A stretch of 64,000 nt of DNA from a virus (Duplodnaviria; Caudoviricetes). The position numbers and the translations under genes are program-made. The notes beneath the pieces are model-generated. The model saw nothing but the letters and a program-made list of their open reading frames with translations, did not search any database and had not been told where the DNA came from. Below are positions 46,231-55,375 of this stretch, in pieces. Numbering within the stretch: the stretch's first letter is position 1; each line of letters starts with the position of its first letter. The stretch covers positions 32,001 to 96,000 of the IMG/VR virus record IMGVR_UViG_3300017766_003100; one strand, 5' to 3'.

Positions 46231-46813
46231 AATTTTTAATGGGATTACATTTTTGATATTTTTTATCATTAAATTTTTCTCCTTTCAATTGTGTCACCAT
46301 AATAATGTCATATAATCTTTTACCTGAAAAATTTTTTTGTATTTTAATTAGATTCGTATATTCAAGGTCATTATTAAATGTTATTAACTTTAAACAAATT
46401 ACCCTCTCCGACCAATTAAAATTTTGTATGTAATTAGTTATTTTACCCATACTTGAAAAAAGTAAATCAATTCCTTCAGTTGTTGTTGGGTCAACAATAT
46501 TTGGGTTATTTTCGTATTCAGGTTCTTTTTTTCTATCTAATCTTTGTAACCAATGGTCTGAAGGTTCAATAGTAAACCCCATTTTACTATTGGTATCATA
46601 ATAATATTCATCACCATTATTTTGATTTATTTGATTATAATGAGATTCAATATAATCTAACACATCATTCTCTTTGTCCACATCAATTTTAACTGTGGCA
46701 ATACCTTCGGTGAGGATTAGATATTTTTTTAATTCATAAAAACTAATTTGTTCAACTATTGTTTTTTGAGTAAAAAATTCCTCAATTAATATTTTTCTTA
46801 TCAAATTTCTCAT
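46229..46813 (-). CDS. Hypothetical protein with MRNLIRKILIEE leader; possible BECR-fold RNase-like domain
   Basis: SDHWLQRLDR motif and terminal IIMVT strand resemble H-x3-R-x3-R toxin RNases (weak). Confidence 0.5.
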   Translation of the reverse strand: MRNLIRKILIEEFFTQKTIVEQISFYELKKYLILTEGIATVKIDVDKENDVLDYIESHYNQINQNNGDEYYYDTNSKMGFTIEPSDHWLQRLDRKKEPEYENNPNIVDPTTTEGIDLLFSSMGKITNYIQNFNWSERVICLKLITFNNDLEYTNLIKIQKNFSGKRLYDIIMVTQLKGEKFNDKKYQKCNPIKN

Positions 46814-46818
46814 ATGAA

Positions 46819-46847
46819 TATAAATACTAATTAAATGAGTATTTATA
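46819..46847. promoter_or_regulatory. Back-to-back divergent RTATTTAT motifs
   Basis: GTATTTATA on minus at 46819-46827 and on plus at 46839-46847. Confidence 0.65.
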
Positions 46848-46859
46848 TATAAAAACTGG

Positions 46860-48785
46860 ATGGAATTTTTTATAAAGAAGAACGCAACGTTACCTCTTCT
46901 TAAATTACAAGTGGTTAAGAATGGTAGATTGGACTACAACAACTTTATGAGTTTGATAGAACAATCCGCTTTATTTTTTTCTATGGTTGATACAGAAACT
47001 GGCGTTGAAAAGATTGTTTCAAGACCTGCAGGGTTTGTTGAGAAGACGAATGTTGACCCAAATACTGAAAAGGAATATTATCTGTATTATCAATTCCAAA
47101 ATAGAGATACAAATAGAGTTGGTAGATATGAAGGCCAATTTATGTTAAGAAATTCTGATGGTGTTTTAATATTACCCATTAGAGAAAAATTATATATAAA
47201 TGTTCAAGAATCTTATATTGCTGATGATTTGGAATATGATTCTTGTTACATATCTGAATTTCCTTGTTGTGTTAACGGACCTACAACTGCAATTACAATA
47301 AATTTAAATATAGTAAGTGTTGTTACGATTAGTTCAGTAAAGGTTGATTATATTGTAACATCTTCTGATATATTAACAGACACACTAACATTAAATTTTA
47401 CAAATACTTTAGGACAATTAGTTGGAACTGGTCTAACAATTTCAACAGGTATTACAATAAATGCGGGGTCAAATATTGGATTTGGTGAGGTTATATTACC
47501 TGATGATTATTATAATTTGGATGGAACTTCAAAATTTAGTAATATTTCGGTTGTTTATCCAATAGCTTACAATTTTGTGGAATCATTTAATACAATATTT
47601 CCTCCACAGCCAACACCCACACCATCACCAGTACAACAAATAATTGACGCAATTTTAACTGATGAAACTGATGTATATATTGAGGTTGGTAGTGATGAGT
47701 ATTTAAGTTATGTTGACCCTAATTTAATATATAATGTTAATGTTTACGTGACTAGTGGTTCAATTGTTACTTACTTTACAGTTACTAGTAACATTCCAAT
47801 TAATCAAAATGTTTCATTATTAGTTAATACAAAATTATATTTAATTGGTGGGGGAAGTATTGATATTGGTTCAACGGTAATAATTTCATCGAATCAAACT
47901 ACAGGTCAAACAATTACAACAAATCCATCTCTTAACTATTATTCACTTGATAGGAGTGGTGAAATATTTGTAACATCACCTGATATTGATTTTCCATTCA
48001 CCATTCTAGCTGAACCACTTCAGTTTGAACAGGAACCAAGTCCAACTCCTACGCCTACTATAACACCAACACCTACACTAACACCTACACAGACTCCGAC
48101 ACCAACACCAAGTCCAGTACTTAACCCATTTATATCTGTTTGGAGAACAACAAAACCAAGTGCAGTAATTTCATTACCATATAATCCAAGTGGTAATTAT
48201 AGTGGTACTATTGATTGGGGTGATGGGACAATAACCCCAAATGATTTTGCAAACAAAAGTCATACATATGTTGACGCTGGTGATTATATTGTAACTATTA
48301 ATGGAATTATTGATGGTTTTAGTTTCCAATTATTTAGTTCAGGTGGAGTAGGTAACTTAATTGAAATTACACGTTGGGGTTGTTTAGAAATTAGGGATTT
48401 AGGTGGGGTTTTTCAAGGTTGTATTAATTTAGTTTTGACTGGTGTTACGGATACCCTAAATTTGGCGGGTGTAACAACACTACAAAATATGTTTAATAAT
48501 TGTATTAGTATTACAACTATTAATAATCTTGATTCTTGGGAAGTTAGTGGTGTTACTAATATGAGTTCTATGTTTTATGGGGCAACATCATTCAATCAAG
48601 ATATATCAAGTTGGGATGTCAATAATGTTACTAATATGGGTAATATGTTTCAAAACGCAACCACATTCAATCAAGATTTAAGTGGTTGGTGTGTAACAAA
48701 TATACCAAGTTTACCAACTAATTTTGACTCAGGTGCTACATCTTGGGTATTACCAAAACCAGTTTGGGGAACTTGTCCCCCATAA
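46860..48785 (+). CDS. Baseplate-anchored appendage protein: BppU-like N-terminus, PT linkers, PKD-like and BspA/DUF285-like repeats
   Basis: N-term FFIKKN.TLP.L...Y.FQ..DT..VG.YEGQF; IDWGDG...HTY..AGDY.VTI; repeats WEVSGVTNMSSMF / WDVNNVTNMGNMF. Confidence 0.7.
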   Translation: MEFFIKKNATLPLLKLQVVKNGRLDYNNFMSLIEQSALFFSMVDTETGVEKIVSRPAGFVEKTNVDPNTEKEYYLYYQFQNRDTNRVGRYEGQFMLRNSDGVLILPIREKLYINVQESYIADDLEYDSCYISEFPCCVNGPTTAITINLNIVSVVTISSVKVDYIVTSSDILTDTLTLNFTNTLGQLVGTGLTISTGITINAGSNIGFGEVILPDDYYNLDGTSKFSNISVVYPIAYNFVESFNTIFPPQPTPTPSPVQQIIDAILTDETDVYIEVGSDEYLSYVDPNLIYNVNVYVTSGSIVTYFTVTSNIPINQNVSLLVNTKLYLIGGGSIDIGSTVIISSNQTTGQTITTNPSLNYYSLDRSGEIFVTSPDIDFPFTILAEPLQFEQEPSPTPTPTITPTPTLTPTQTPTPTPSPVLNPFISVWRTTKPSAVISLPYNPSGNYSGTIDWGDGTITPNDFANKSHTYVDAGDYIVTINGIIDGFSFQLFSSGGVGNLIEITRWGCLEIRDLGGVFQGCINLVLTGVTDTLNLAGVTTLQNMFNNCISITTINNLDSWEVSGVTNMSSMFYGATSFNQDISSWDVNNVTNMGNMFQNATTFNQDLSGWCVTNIPSLPTNFDSGATSWVLPKPVWGTCPP

Positions 48786-48822
48786 TTTAAATAAATTAGA
48801 ATATTTATATATAAAAAACAAA

Positions 48823-51531
48823 ATGGCAACTTTAACAGGAAAAACAATTGGTGAATTAGCACTATTAACAGGAATAACATCAGATACATTATTTGCTGTA
48901 GAACTTAGTGGAGCAACATATCATATACCTTATTCAGGATTATCAATAGGGGGTAGAGTAACTTACGATGAGTTATATTCAATGTTCGGTAATTCAATGT
49001 TAATCCCAGGGGCATATTATTTAATTACAGATTTTCAATCAATTTATGACCAACCTGATTTTGATAAAAATGGTGACCCAATTTTAACTGGTACTTCTAG
49101 AACTGGTATAACTGAACAACTCTTGGTTTTTGCAACAAGTGTGAGCACTTTATCAGAAAAGGTTTACTCTTTGGACAATCCATATGATAAAATCACATAC
49201 GATATTAATTTCAATACCACTGAAGTTTCAAATACACCCGCAAAAGGTAGAATCACAGAAAGAATAGATGAGTTTAATAACAGAACTGATTATGACCATA
49301 GAAACATATACTTCAAAAGATATAAGTTATATACATACAGACAAGAATTACCACAGAATGGTCAAATTGAGATATTATCTGGCGGCACTGTAACAGGTAA
49401 CTCAACATCATTTACCCTTCTATCACCAAAACAAGTAATTTATTTACCTAGTTTCAATCTATATTATGAAATCACAAGTATAACTGATAATACCACAATG
49501 ACAATCTCAGGGGAAACTATAGCTGAAACTGGTGGGTATTATAATTTTTATTTAGGTATTGAAGAAACAAATGGTAGTAATGGTTATTTCTCTTACAGAA
49601 AAAATAATATTCAAGTAGATGATTTTATTGAGTATACAACTTTTGGTGATGCACTTTCTCAAAGTTATGTTAAAAATACGTTTATTGGTGATTATGCTAA
49701 CAACTATTCTCAAATAGGAATTAGTCCTTTTATTTTATCAAATAATGTGTTTTTGGAGGGTGGGTATGAAAGTAATAAAATAGGTAATTATTCAATAAAT
49801 AATACTTTTGGTACGGATAACTCTAATAATATTTTTGGAGATTATTGTATTAATAATGTATCAACCAATGATATGGATGATAATATTATTGGAAATAATT
49901 TCAGTGACAATATAATAAATACAAATTTACAAGATAATATAATTAGTAATGATTTTTCAGGTAACTTTTTATTTGGGGAAAATGGTTCTAGTTTCAGTGA
50001 AAATTTTATAGGTGAAAATTTTAGATACAACAGAATTTATTCAGGTTTTTTTGATAATAAAATTGGAAATGGTTTTGAAAGTAATTTACTTGGTGATTAT
50101 GGAAATTTAAGTAATTTCCAATTTTATGGAAATGTAATTGGGGTTAATGTTAATAGTAATTCATTTAGACAAAATTTTTACAATAATAATATAGGTAATA
50201 GTTTTTATTCTAATCAAATAAATAGTGATTTTTACAGAAACACGATTGGGGTAAATTTTAATAACAACAGAATTGGTTATGAATTTTATGATAATCAAAT
50301 GGGAACTGATTGTTATAATAATTATATATCTGAATATTTTTATAGAAACAAAATCGGAAATCAATTCTATGGGAATTATATTTCATATAATTTTAATAGA
50401 AATGAAATATCTGATGATTTTAATGGTAATAGGGCTGGTGACTTATCAAAGTGGACTTGGTATGATTTGAATAATGTTTCAGGTAGAACCTATAACGATT
50501 TTGTTTCAGCTCTTGATGGTGCTGTTGGGCATATTGTGATTGGTAAAGAATTGATAATGTGGGATACTGTAAGTAATGAATACCATAAAGTAATCTTCAC
50601 CCAATGGACACAAAATAATAATGGTGGAGGTTTCCAATATACAAGAGAGTTGATTTACCCAACTTCAGGGCCCGTAATCACATTTACTAAAACAAACTAT
50701 GGGTCTGAAGTAGATGTTATTGTTCCTGGTGTTTTAGAAATAACAAGAGGTAATAATAATCAAATCTATAATATTGCAGTTGAACCTAACGCTGGTGGAG
50801 GTTCTCCACAAGGAACACAATGGAACTCTGAATATACAACACAATTGAGTGGGGATAATTTTATCCAAAATAAAATTGGTAATTATTTTGCAAATAATAT
50901 TACCCAACAAAGATTTGGTTACAATAAGATTGGTAATAATTTTTATAACAACAATATAGCAAGTGACTTTGGATATGGTGGAGGTAACGACTATGGTAAC
51001 GTAATCGGTGAAAACTTTAATAACAATACTATAGGTGAATATTGTTATAACAATCAAATATCAAACTACTTTTTTAGTAATACTATTGGTGATTATTTCC
51101 AATGGAATGTAATTAACACTCAAATAAATAGTACAAATTTTATCACATATTATGACACAATAACTGGTTTTACATATTCAGCAACAGGTTCTTCAGCATC
51201 AGATAATACTTATAATGGTTTAACTGGTGCGACTAATGCAAATGGTATTGATGCGACTTTTGACGTTGTTGTTAGTTCAAGTGCTGTAACAAGTGTCACA
51301 ATAGTACAGACAGGTAACTATTATCAAGTTAATGATACTATTACAATATTAGGTAGTCAAATTGGTGGTACAGATGGTATTGATGATGTTGTTATAACAA
51401 TAACTCAAATTATAGAACCATCAGTTTATGAATCATATACTTGTCAAATTTTTGAAAGACAAGGTGGTGATAAAAGATTATCTTATTACGATTCATCAGA
51501 TACTTTAATAAGTACAGACGTAAATTTATAG
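48823..51531 (+). CDS. Tail fibre/receptor-binding protein with NxIGxxF beta-helix repeats (true start probably 48823)
   Basis: MATLTGKTIGEL start preceded by ATATTTAT at 48801-48808; many N-x-IG-x-x-F units. Confidence 0.7.
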   Translation: MATLTGKTIGELALLTGITSDTLFAVELSGATYHIPYSGLSIGGRVTYDELYSMFGNSMLIPGAYYLITDFQSIYDQPDFDKNGDPILTGTSRTGITEQLLVFATSVSTLSEKVYSLDNPYDKITYDINFNTTEVSNTPAKGRITERIDEFNNRTDYDHRNIYFKRYKLYTYRQELPQNGQIEILSGGTVTGNSTSFTLLSPKQVIYLPSFNLYYEITSITDNTTMTISGETIAETGGYYNFYLGIEETNGSNGYFSYRKNNIQVDDFIEYTTFGDALSQSYVKNTFIGDYANNYSQIGISPFILSNNVFLEGGYESNKIGNYSINNTFGTDNSNNIFGDYCINNVSTNDMDDNIIGNNFSDNIINTNLQDNIISNDFSGNFLFGENGSSFSENFIGENFRYNRIYSGFFDNKIGNGFESNLLGDYGNLSNFQFYGNVIGVNVNSNSFRQNFYNNNIGNSFYSNQINSDFYRNTIGVNFNNNRIGYEFYDNQMGTDCYNNYISEYFYRNKIGNQFYGNYISYNFNRNEISDDFNGNRAGDLSKWTWYDLNNVSGRTYNDFVSALDGAVGHIVIGKELIMWDTVSNEYHKVIFTQWTQNNNGGGFQYTRELIYPTSGPVITFTKTNYGSEVDVIVPGVLEITRGNNNQIYNIAVEPNAGGGSPQGTQWNSEYTTQLSGDNFIQNKIGNYFANNITQQRFGYNKIGNNFYNNNIASDFGYGGGNDYGNVIGENFNNNTIGEYCYNNQISNYFFSNTIGDYFQWNVINTQINSTNFITYYDTITGFTYSATGSSASDNTYNGLTGATNANGIDATFDVVVSSSAVTSVTIVQTGNYYQVNDTITILGSQIGGTDGIDDVVITITQIIEPSVYESYTCQIFERQGGDKRLSYYDSSDTLISTDVNL

Positions 51532-51556
51532 AAATCCGAGTTTATAATTAATAAAA

Positions 51557-51585
51557 TTGACAAGTTGTAAAGGTATCATTATACT
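51557..51585 (+). promoter_or_regulatory. Sigma70-type promoter for DNA polymerase
   Basis: TTGACA (51557-62), 17-nt spacer, TATACT (51580-85). Confidence 0.75.
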
Positions 51586-51651
51586 TATAAGGACAAGGTA
51601 AATGTCATCACTTTAGTATGACAGCTAATACACCATCTAAAATTAAGTATA

Positions 51652-54372
51652 ATGATATCACAAGAACAAATTGAAATGTTCCTTAATGGGAACGACCCCG
51701 AACAATTTATCGTAGCAGTAGAATACGATTACGCAACAGATTCCGTTTTTAAAATCAAAGAAATTCCTGGTAAAGGAAAAGAAATAAGAAAAGACACATT
51801 CACAGCCTTCGCTTGGGTTGGTGATTTACACGGTCTTAATTTCTATAAGTCATCCAAAGGTCTTCAAAAAGAAGCGATGATAAAACACGGAATCCTAATA
51901 GAAAAATTACAAACTGGTGACAATGAAAGATTGGAAAATGGACTTAAATTTATGGTTAAGTCCCTTAAAGGTTATAGAAATCTAATCCAATTCTTTAAAG
52001 AAGGTGGAGTTGACCCTTGGGGTGAAAAAACCAAGGATTTAATATTAGTTCTACCTCCAGTTGAACAATACCTTATCCAAAAAGAAAAAAGATTATTTAA
52101 AGGTTATGAAGAATACAATGATGTAACAAGATTTGGATTCGACTTAGAAACTACCTCTTTAGAACCTAAAGATGGTAGAATCTTTATGATTGGAATCAAA
52201 ACAAATAAAGGATTACAAAAAGTAATCGAATGTTCCAACGAAGACCAAGAAAGAGCTGGTTTAGTAGAATTCTTTAGACTAATTGATGAAATTAAACCAA
52301 GTATTATTGGTGGATACAATTCATTCAACTTCGACTGGTATTGGATTATGGAAAGATGTAAAGCTCTACATTTGGATATTAAAAAGATTTGTAAGACTCT
52401 ACATCCTGAATATAAATTTAAACAATCTAATGGGATGTTAAAGTTGGCCAATGAAGTTGAATCCTTTAATCAAGTTAGTATGTGGGGATACAATATTATT
52501 GATATTCTACACTCAGTTAGAAGAGCACAAGCAATCAATTCAAATATCAAATCAGCTGGTCTTAAATATATTACCCAATATATCAATGCTGAAGCCAAAG
52601 ACCGAGTTTATATTGACCACTTGGATATTGCACCATTCTATTCAAAAAAGGAAGAGTATTGGTTGAATATTGAGAATGGTAAATATAGAAAAGTGGGAGT
52701 TGACCCAAAGATTGATGTTGTTTGTGAAAAACATTCAAATGTTTATATCAAAACAACTGGAGATAATCTTGTTGAGAGATATTTGGATGATGACTTGGAA
52801 GAAACCCTTAAAGTGGATGAAGAATTCAATCAAGGAACATTTATGTTGGCATCAATGATTCCAACAACTTATGAAAGGGTTTCAACTATGGGAACGGCAA
52901 CACTATGGAAAATGTTGATGTTGGCTTGGTCTTATAAATATAAATTGGCAATTCCACAGAAAGAACAAAAGAAAGATTTTGTAGGAGGGTTATCAAGACT
53001 ATTAAGAGTTGGTTATTCCAAGGATGTATTAAAACTTGACTATTCTTCTCTATATCCATCAATACAATTGGTTCACGATGTATTCCCTGATTGTGATATT
53101 ATGGGAGCAATGAAAGGTATGTTATCTTATTTTAGAAGTGCTCGTATTAAATACAAGAACTTGGCAGCTGAATGGTATGATAAAGATAAGAAGAAATCTC
53201 TATCTTATGATAGAAAACAATTACCTATCAAGATATTCATTAACTCGATGTTTGGTGCGTTATCAGCACCACAAGTATTTGCGTGGGGTGATATGTATAT
53301 GGGTGAACAGATTACTTGTACAGGAAGACAATATCTACGTCAGATGTTAAAGTTCTTTATGAAGAAGGGTTATACACCACTTGTATGTGATACAGATGGT
53401 ATGAACTTCTCATTACCTAAAGGTGGTGTTGATGACAGAGTATATGTTGGTAGAGGATTAAATTGGAAAGTTAAAAAGGATAAAGAATACAAAGGTTATG
53501 ATGCTGATGTTGCTGAGTTTAATGATACATTTATGAGGGGTGAGATGGCGCTGGATTGTGATGGTACTTGGAAATCTTGTATAAACTTGGCAAGAAAGAA
53601 CTATGCAACAATGGAACATAATGGTAAAGTTAAACTTACAGGTAATTCAATCAAATCCAAAAAACTTCCATTATATATTGAAGACTTCTTGGACAAAGCA
53701 ATCAAACTTTTATTGGAGGGTGAAGGTCAACAATTTGTTGAGTGGTATTATGAATATCTTACAAAGATTTATAATAAAGAAATCCCACTCCTTAAAATTG
53801 CACAAAGAGCAAAAGTTAAATTGAGTATTAAAGATTATATTGATAGGTCAAAACAAACTACTAAATCAGGTGGTGCTATGTCTAGAATGGCTCATATGGA
53901 ATTGGCCATTAAACACAATCTAAAAGTTAATCTTGGTGAAGTAATCTATTATGTTAATAATGGAACTAAAGCAAGTCACGGAGATGTACAAAAGAAAAAG
54001 GATGAAATATTATTGAATTGTTATATGTTAAATTCAAATGACATTGAAAATAATCCTGATATGACAGGTGAATATAATGTTGCGAGAGCTATTACAACAT
54101 TTAATAATCGTATTGAACCTTTATTGATTGTTTTCAAACAAGATGTTAGAGATAACTTAATTGTTGATAATCCTGAAAAAAGAACTTTCTTTACAAGTCA
54201 ACAATGTGAATTGATTAATGGTGTTCCATTTGAAGAAAAAGACCAAGATAAAATTCAAGAAGACTTATTAGATTTAGAACCAAAAGAATTGGAGTATTGG
54301 GAAAAGAGAGGAATTGACCCCAACTATATCTATGACTTGGCAGAAGAAGGATGGGAAAGATATATTGATTAA
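51652..54372 (+). CDS. polB: Family B DNA polymerase
   Basis: Exo FDLET, YNSFNFD, DDLEET; Pol DYSSLYPS, KIFINSMFG, CDTDG, KNYA. Confidence 0.95.
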   Translation: MISQEQIEMFLNGNDPEQFIVAVEYDYATDSVFKIKEIPGKGKEIRKDTFTAFAWVGDLHGLNFYKSSKGLQKEAMIKHGILIEKLQTGDNERLENGLKFMVKSLKGYRNLIQFFKEGGVDPWGEKTKDLILVLPPVEQYLIQKEKRLFKGYEEYNDVTRFGFDLETTSLEPKDGRIFMIGIKTNKGLQKVIECSNEDQERAGLVEFFRLIDEIKPSIIGGYNSFNFDWYWIMERCKALHLDIKKICKTLHPEYKFKQSNGMLKLANEVESFNQVSMWGYNIIDILHSVRRAQAINSNIKSAGLKYITQYINAEAKDRVYIDHLDIAPFYSKKEEYWLNIENGKYRKVGVDPKIDVVCEKHSNVYIKTTGDNLVERYLDDDLEETLKVDEEFNQGTFMLASMIPTTYERVSTMGTATLWKMLMLAWSYKYKLAIPQKEQKKDFVGGLSRLLRVGYSKDVLKLDYSSLYPSIQLVHDVFPDCDIMGAMKGMLSYFRSARIKYKNLAAEWYDKDKKKSLSYDRKQLPIKIFINSMFGALSAPQVFAWGDMYMGEQITCTGRQYLRQMLKFFMKKGYTPLVCDTDGMNFSLPKGGVDDRVYVGRGLNWKVKKDKEYKGYDADVAEFNDTFMRGEMALDCDGTWKSCINLARKNYATMEHNGKVKLTGNSIKSKKLPLYIEDFLDKAIKLLLEGEGQQFVEWYYEYLTKIYNKEIPLLKIAQRAKVKLSIKDYIDRSKQTTKSGGAMSRMAHMELAIKHNLKVNLGEVIYYVNNGTKASHGDVQKKKDEILLNCYMLNSNDIENNPDMTGEYNVARAITTFNNRIEPLLIVFKQDVRDNLIVDNPEKRTFFTSQQCELINGVPFEEKDQDKIQEDLLDLEPKELEYWEKRGIDPNYIYDLAEEGWERYID

Positions 54373-54375
54373 AAT

Positions 54376-54410
54376 AAAAAACCCCACTCAAAAGGTGGGG
54401 TTAAATTTTT
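54376..54410. terminator. Intrinsic terminator between convergent genes
   Basis: AACCCCAC (54380-87)/GTGGGGTT (54395-402) stem. Confidence 0.75.
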
Positions 54411-54747
54411 ATTCTAATTTCATTCCATCTGAGGAGATTATATACCAACCGCCTTCAACATATTCAAGTTCAACACAAGCACCATTATCAATTTCAATTT
54501 CATCATATTGTTCATCAATCAAAGAATATTTTGGAATAATACTTGTTTTGGTTAAGACTTTAATTTTAACAGATTCTGTGGTATAACCATCCAAAGTGAT
54601 TGTACATTTATCAACATCTTTAACAATTAAAAGATATTCACCATTTGTTTCATAAGTTGGTGTATTGACAATCTTTTTAATTTTGGTGGATGGTGATTGA
54701 CCATATCTTAATGTTTTGGTAACTTCTCCAATTTTTTTCTTTTCCAT
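54409..54747 (-). CDS. Hypothetical beta-rich protein (112 aa)
   Basis: Last gene of the neck-protein operon. Confidence 0.65.
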   Translation of the reverse strand: MEKKKIGEVTKTLRYGQSPSTKIKKIVNTPTYETNGEYLLIVKDVDKCTITLDGYTTESVKIKVLTKTSIIPKYSLIDEQYDEIEIDNGACVELEYVEGGWYIISSDGMKLE

Positions 54748-54748
54748 A

Positions 54749-55375
54749 TTATCTTGGTTTTACCATATTATAGATATATTCAGCAGCTTTATCAATGTTA
54801 TCAACACCCTTTCTCGTTAATTCAGTTCTAATTGTGTACAACATATATTTAAATCTAGATGCTGAAGGATTGTCACCATAACCTTTACGTGTTTTCACAT
54901 CCATAGGTAATAATTTTTTTTGTTGTAATTCTCTAACTTTTCTTACTGCAAACTCATCGGCAACAGCTTCATATTTCGCCATAGATTCGGCTGCTTCATC
55001 TAAAGGTATTTCGTTTAAATAAAGACCCATCATTTTTCCCTCACCATATTTTTTAAATTGATATTGATGTGCTAATTCGTGAAAGATAATAAAAAGTGTT
55101 TGAGCAATAGCGTTACGGCCATATATAGACATATACTTCGTATCTAAAACAATACTATTAATTACTAATTTATTATGTAAAGCTAACCCCATAGGGCCTG
55201 ATAAGTTTTCAAACGAAACTTTTTTACAATCAGTTTTTTCAAATATTGATTTCACTTCATCAATTAGTTCATCACTTAATTTTAATTCGTTTTTTAAGGT
55301 TTCAAGAAATTCATCCAAACCTTCAGTAGCTTCTAAAAGAAGTTTATATTGTGATTCTGTTATTATTATTTTCAT
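54749..55375 (-). CDS. Zincin-like metallopeptidase with MKIIITESQ leader
   Basis: IIFHELAHQYQ (HExxH) and downstream YEAVADEFA. Confidence 0.7.
   Translation of the reverse strand: MKIIITESQYKLLLEATEGLDEFLETLKNELKLSDELIDEVKSIFEKTDCKKVSFENLSGPMGLALHNKLVINSIVLDTKYMSIYGRNAIAQTLFIIFHELAHQYQFKKYGEGKMMGLYLNEIPLDEAAESMAKYEAVADEFAVRKVRELQQKKLLPMDVKTRKGYGDNPSASRFKYMLYTIRTELTRKGVDNIDKAAEYIYNMVKPR

Noticed and set aside
48724-48822. Longer N-terminus of the fibre ORF as given in the ORF track
   Set aside because: Overlaps the upstream gene and contains the intergenic RTATTTAT motif; ATG 48823 fits the promoter spacing
51652-54372. Intein or group I intron in the DNA polymerase or SNF2 helicase
   Set aside because: Both ORFs are continuous, of normal length, with normal motif spacing and no splice-junction or LAGLIDADG motifs
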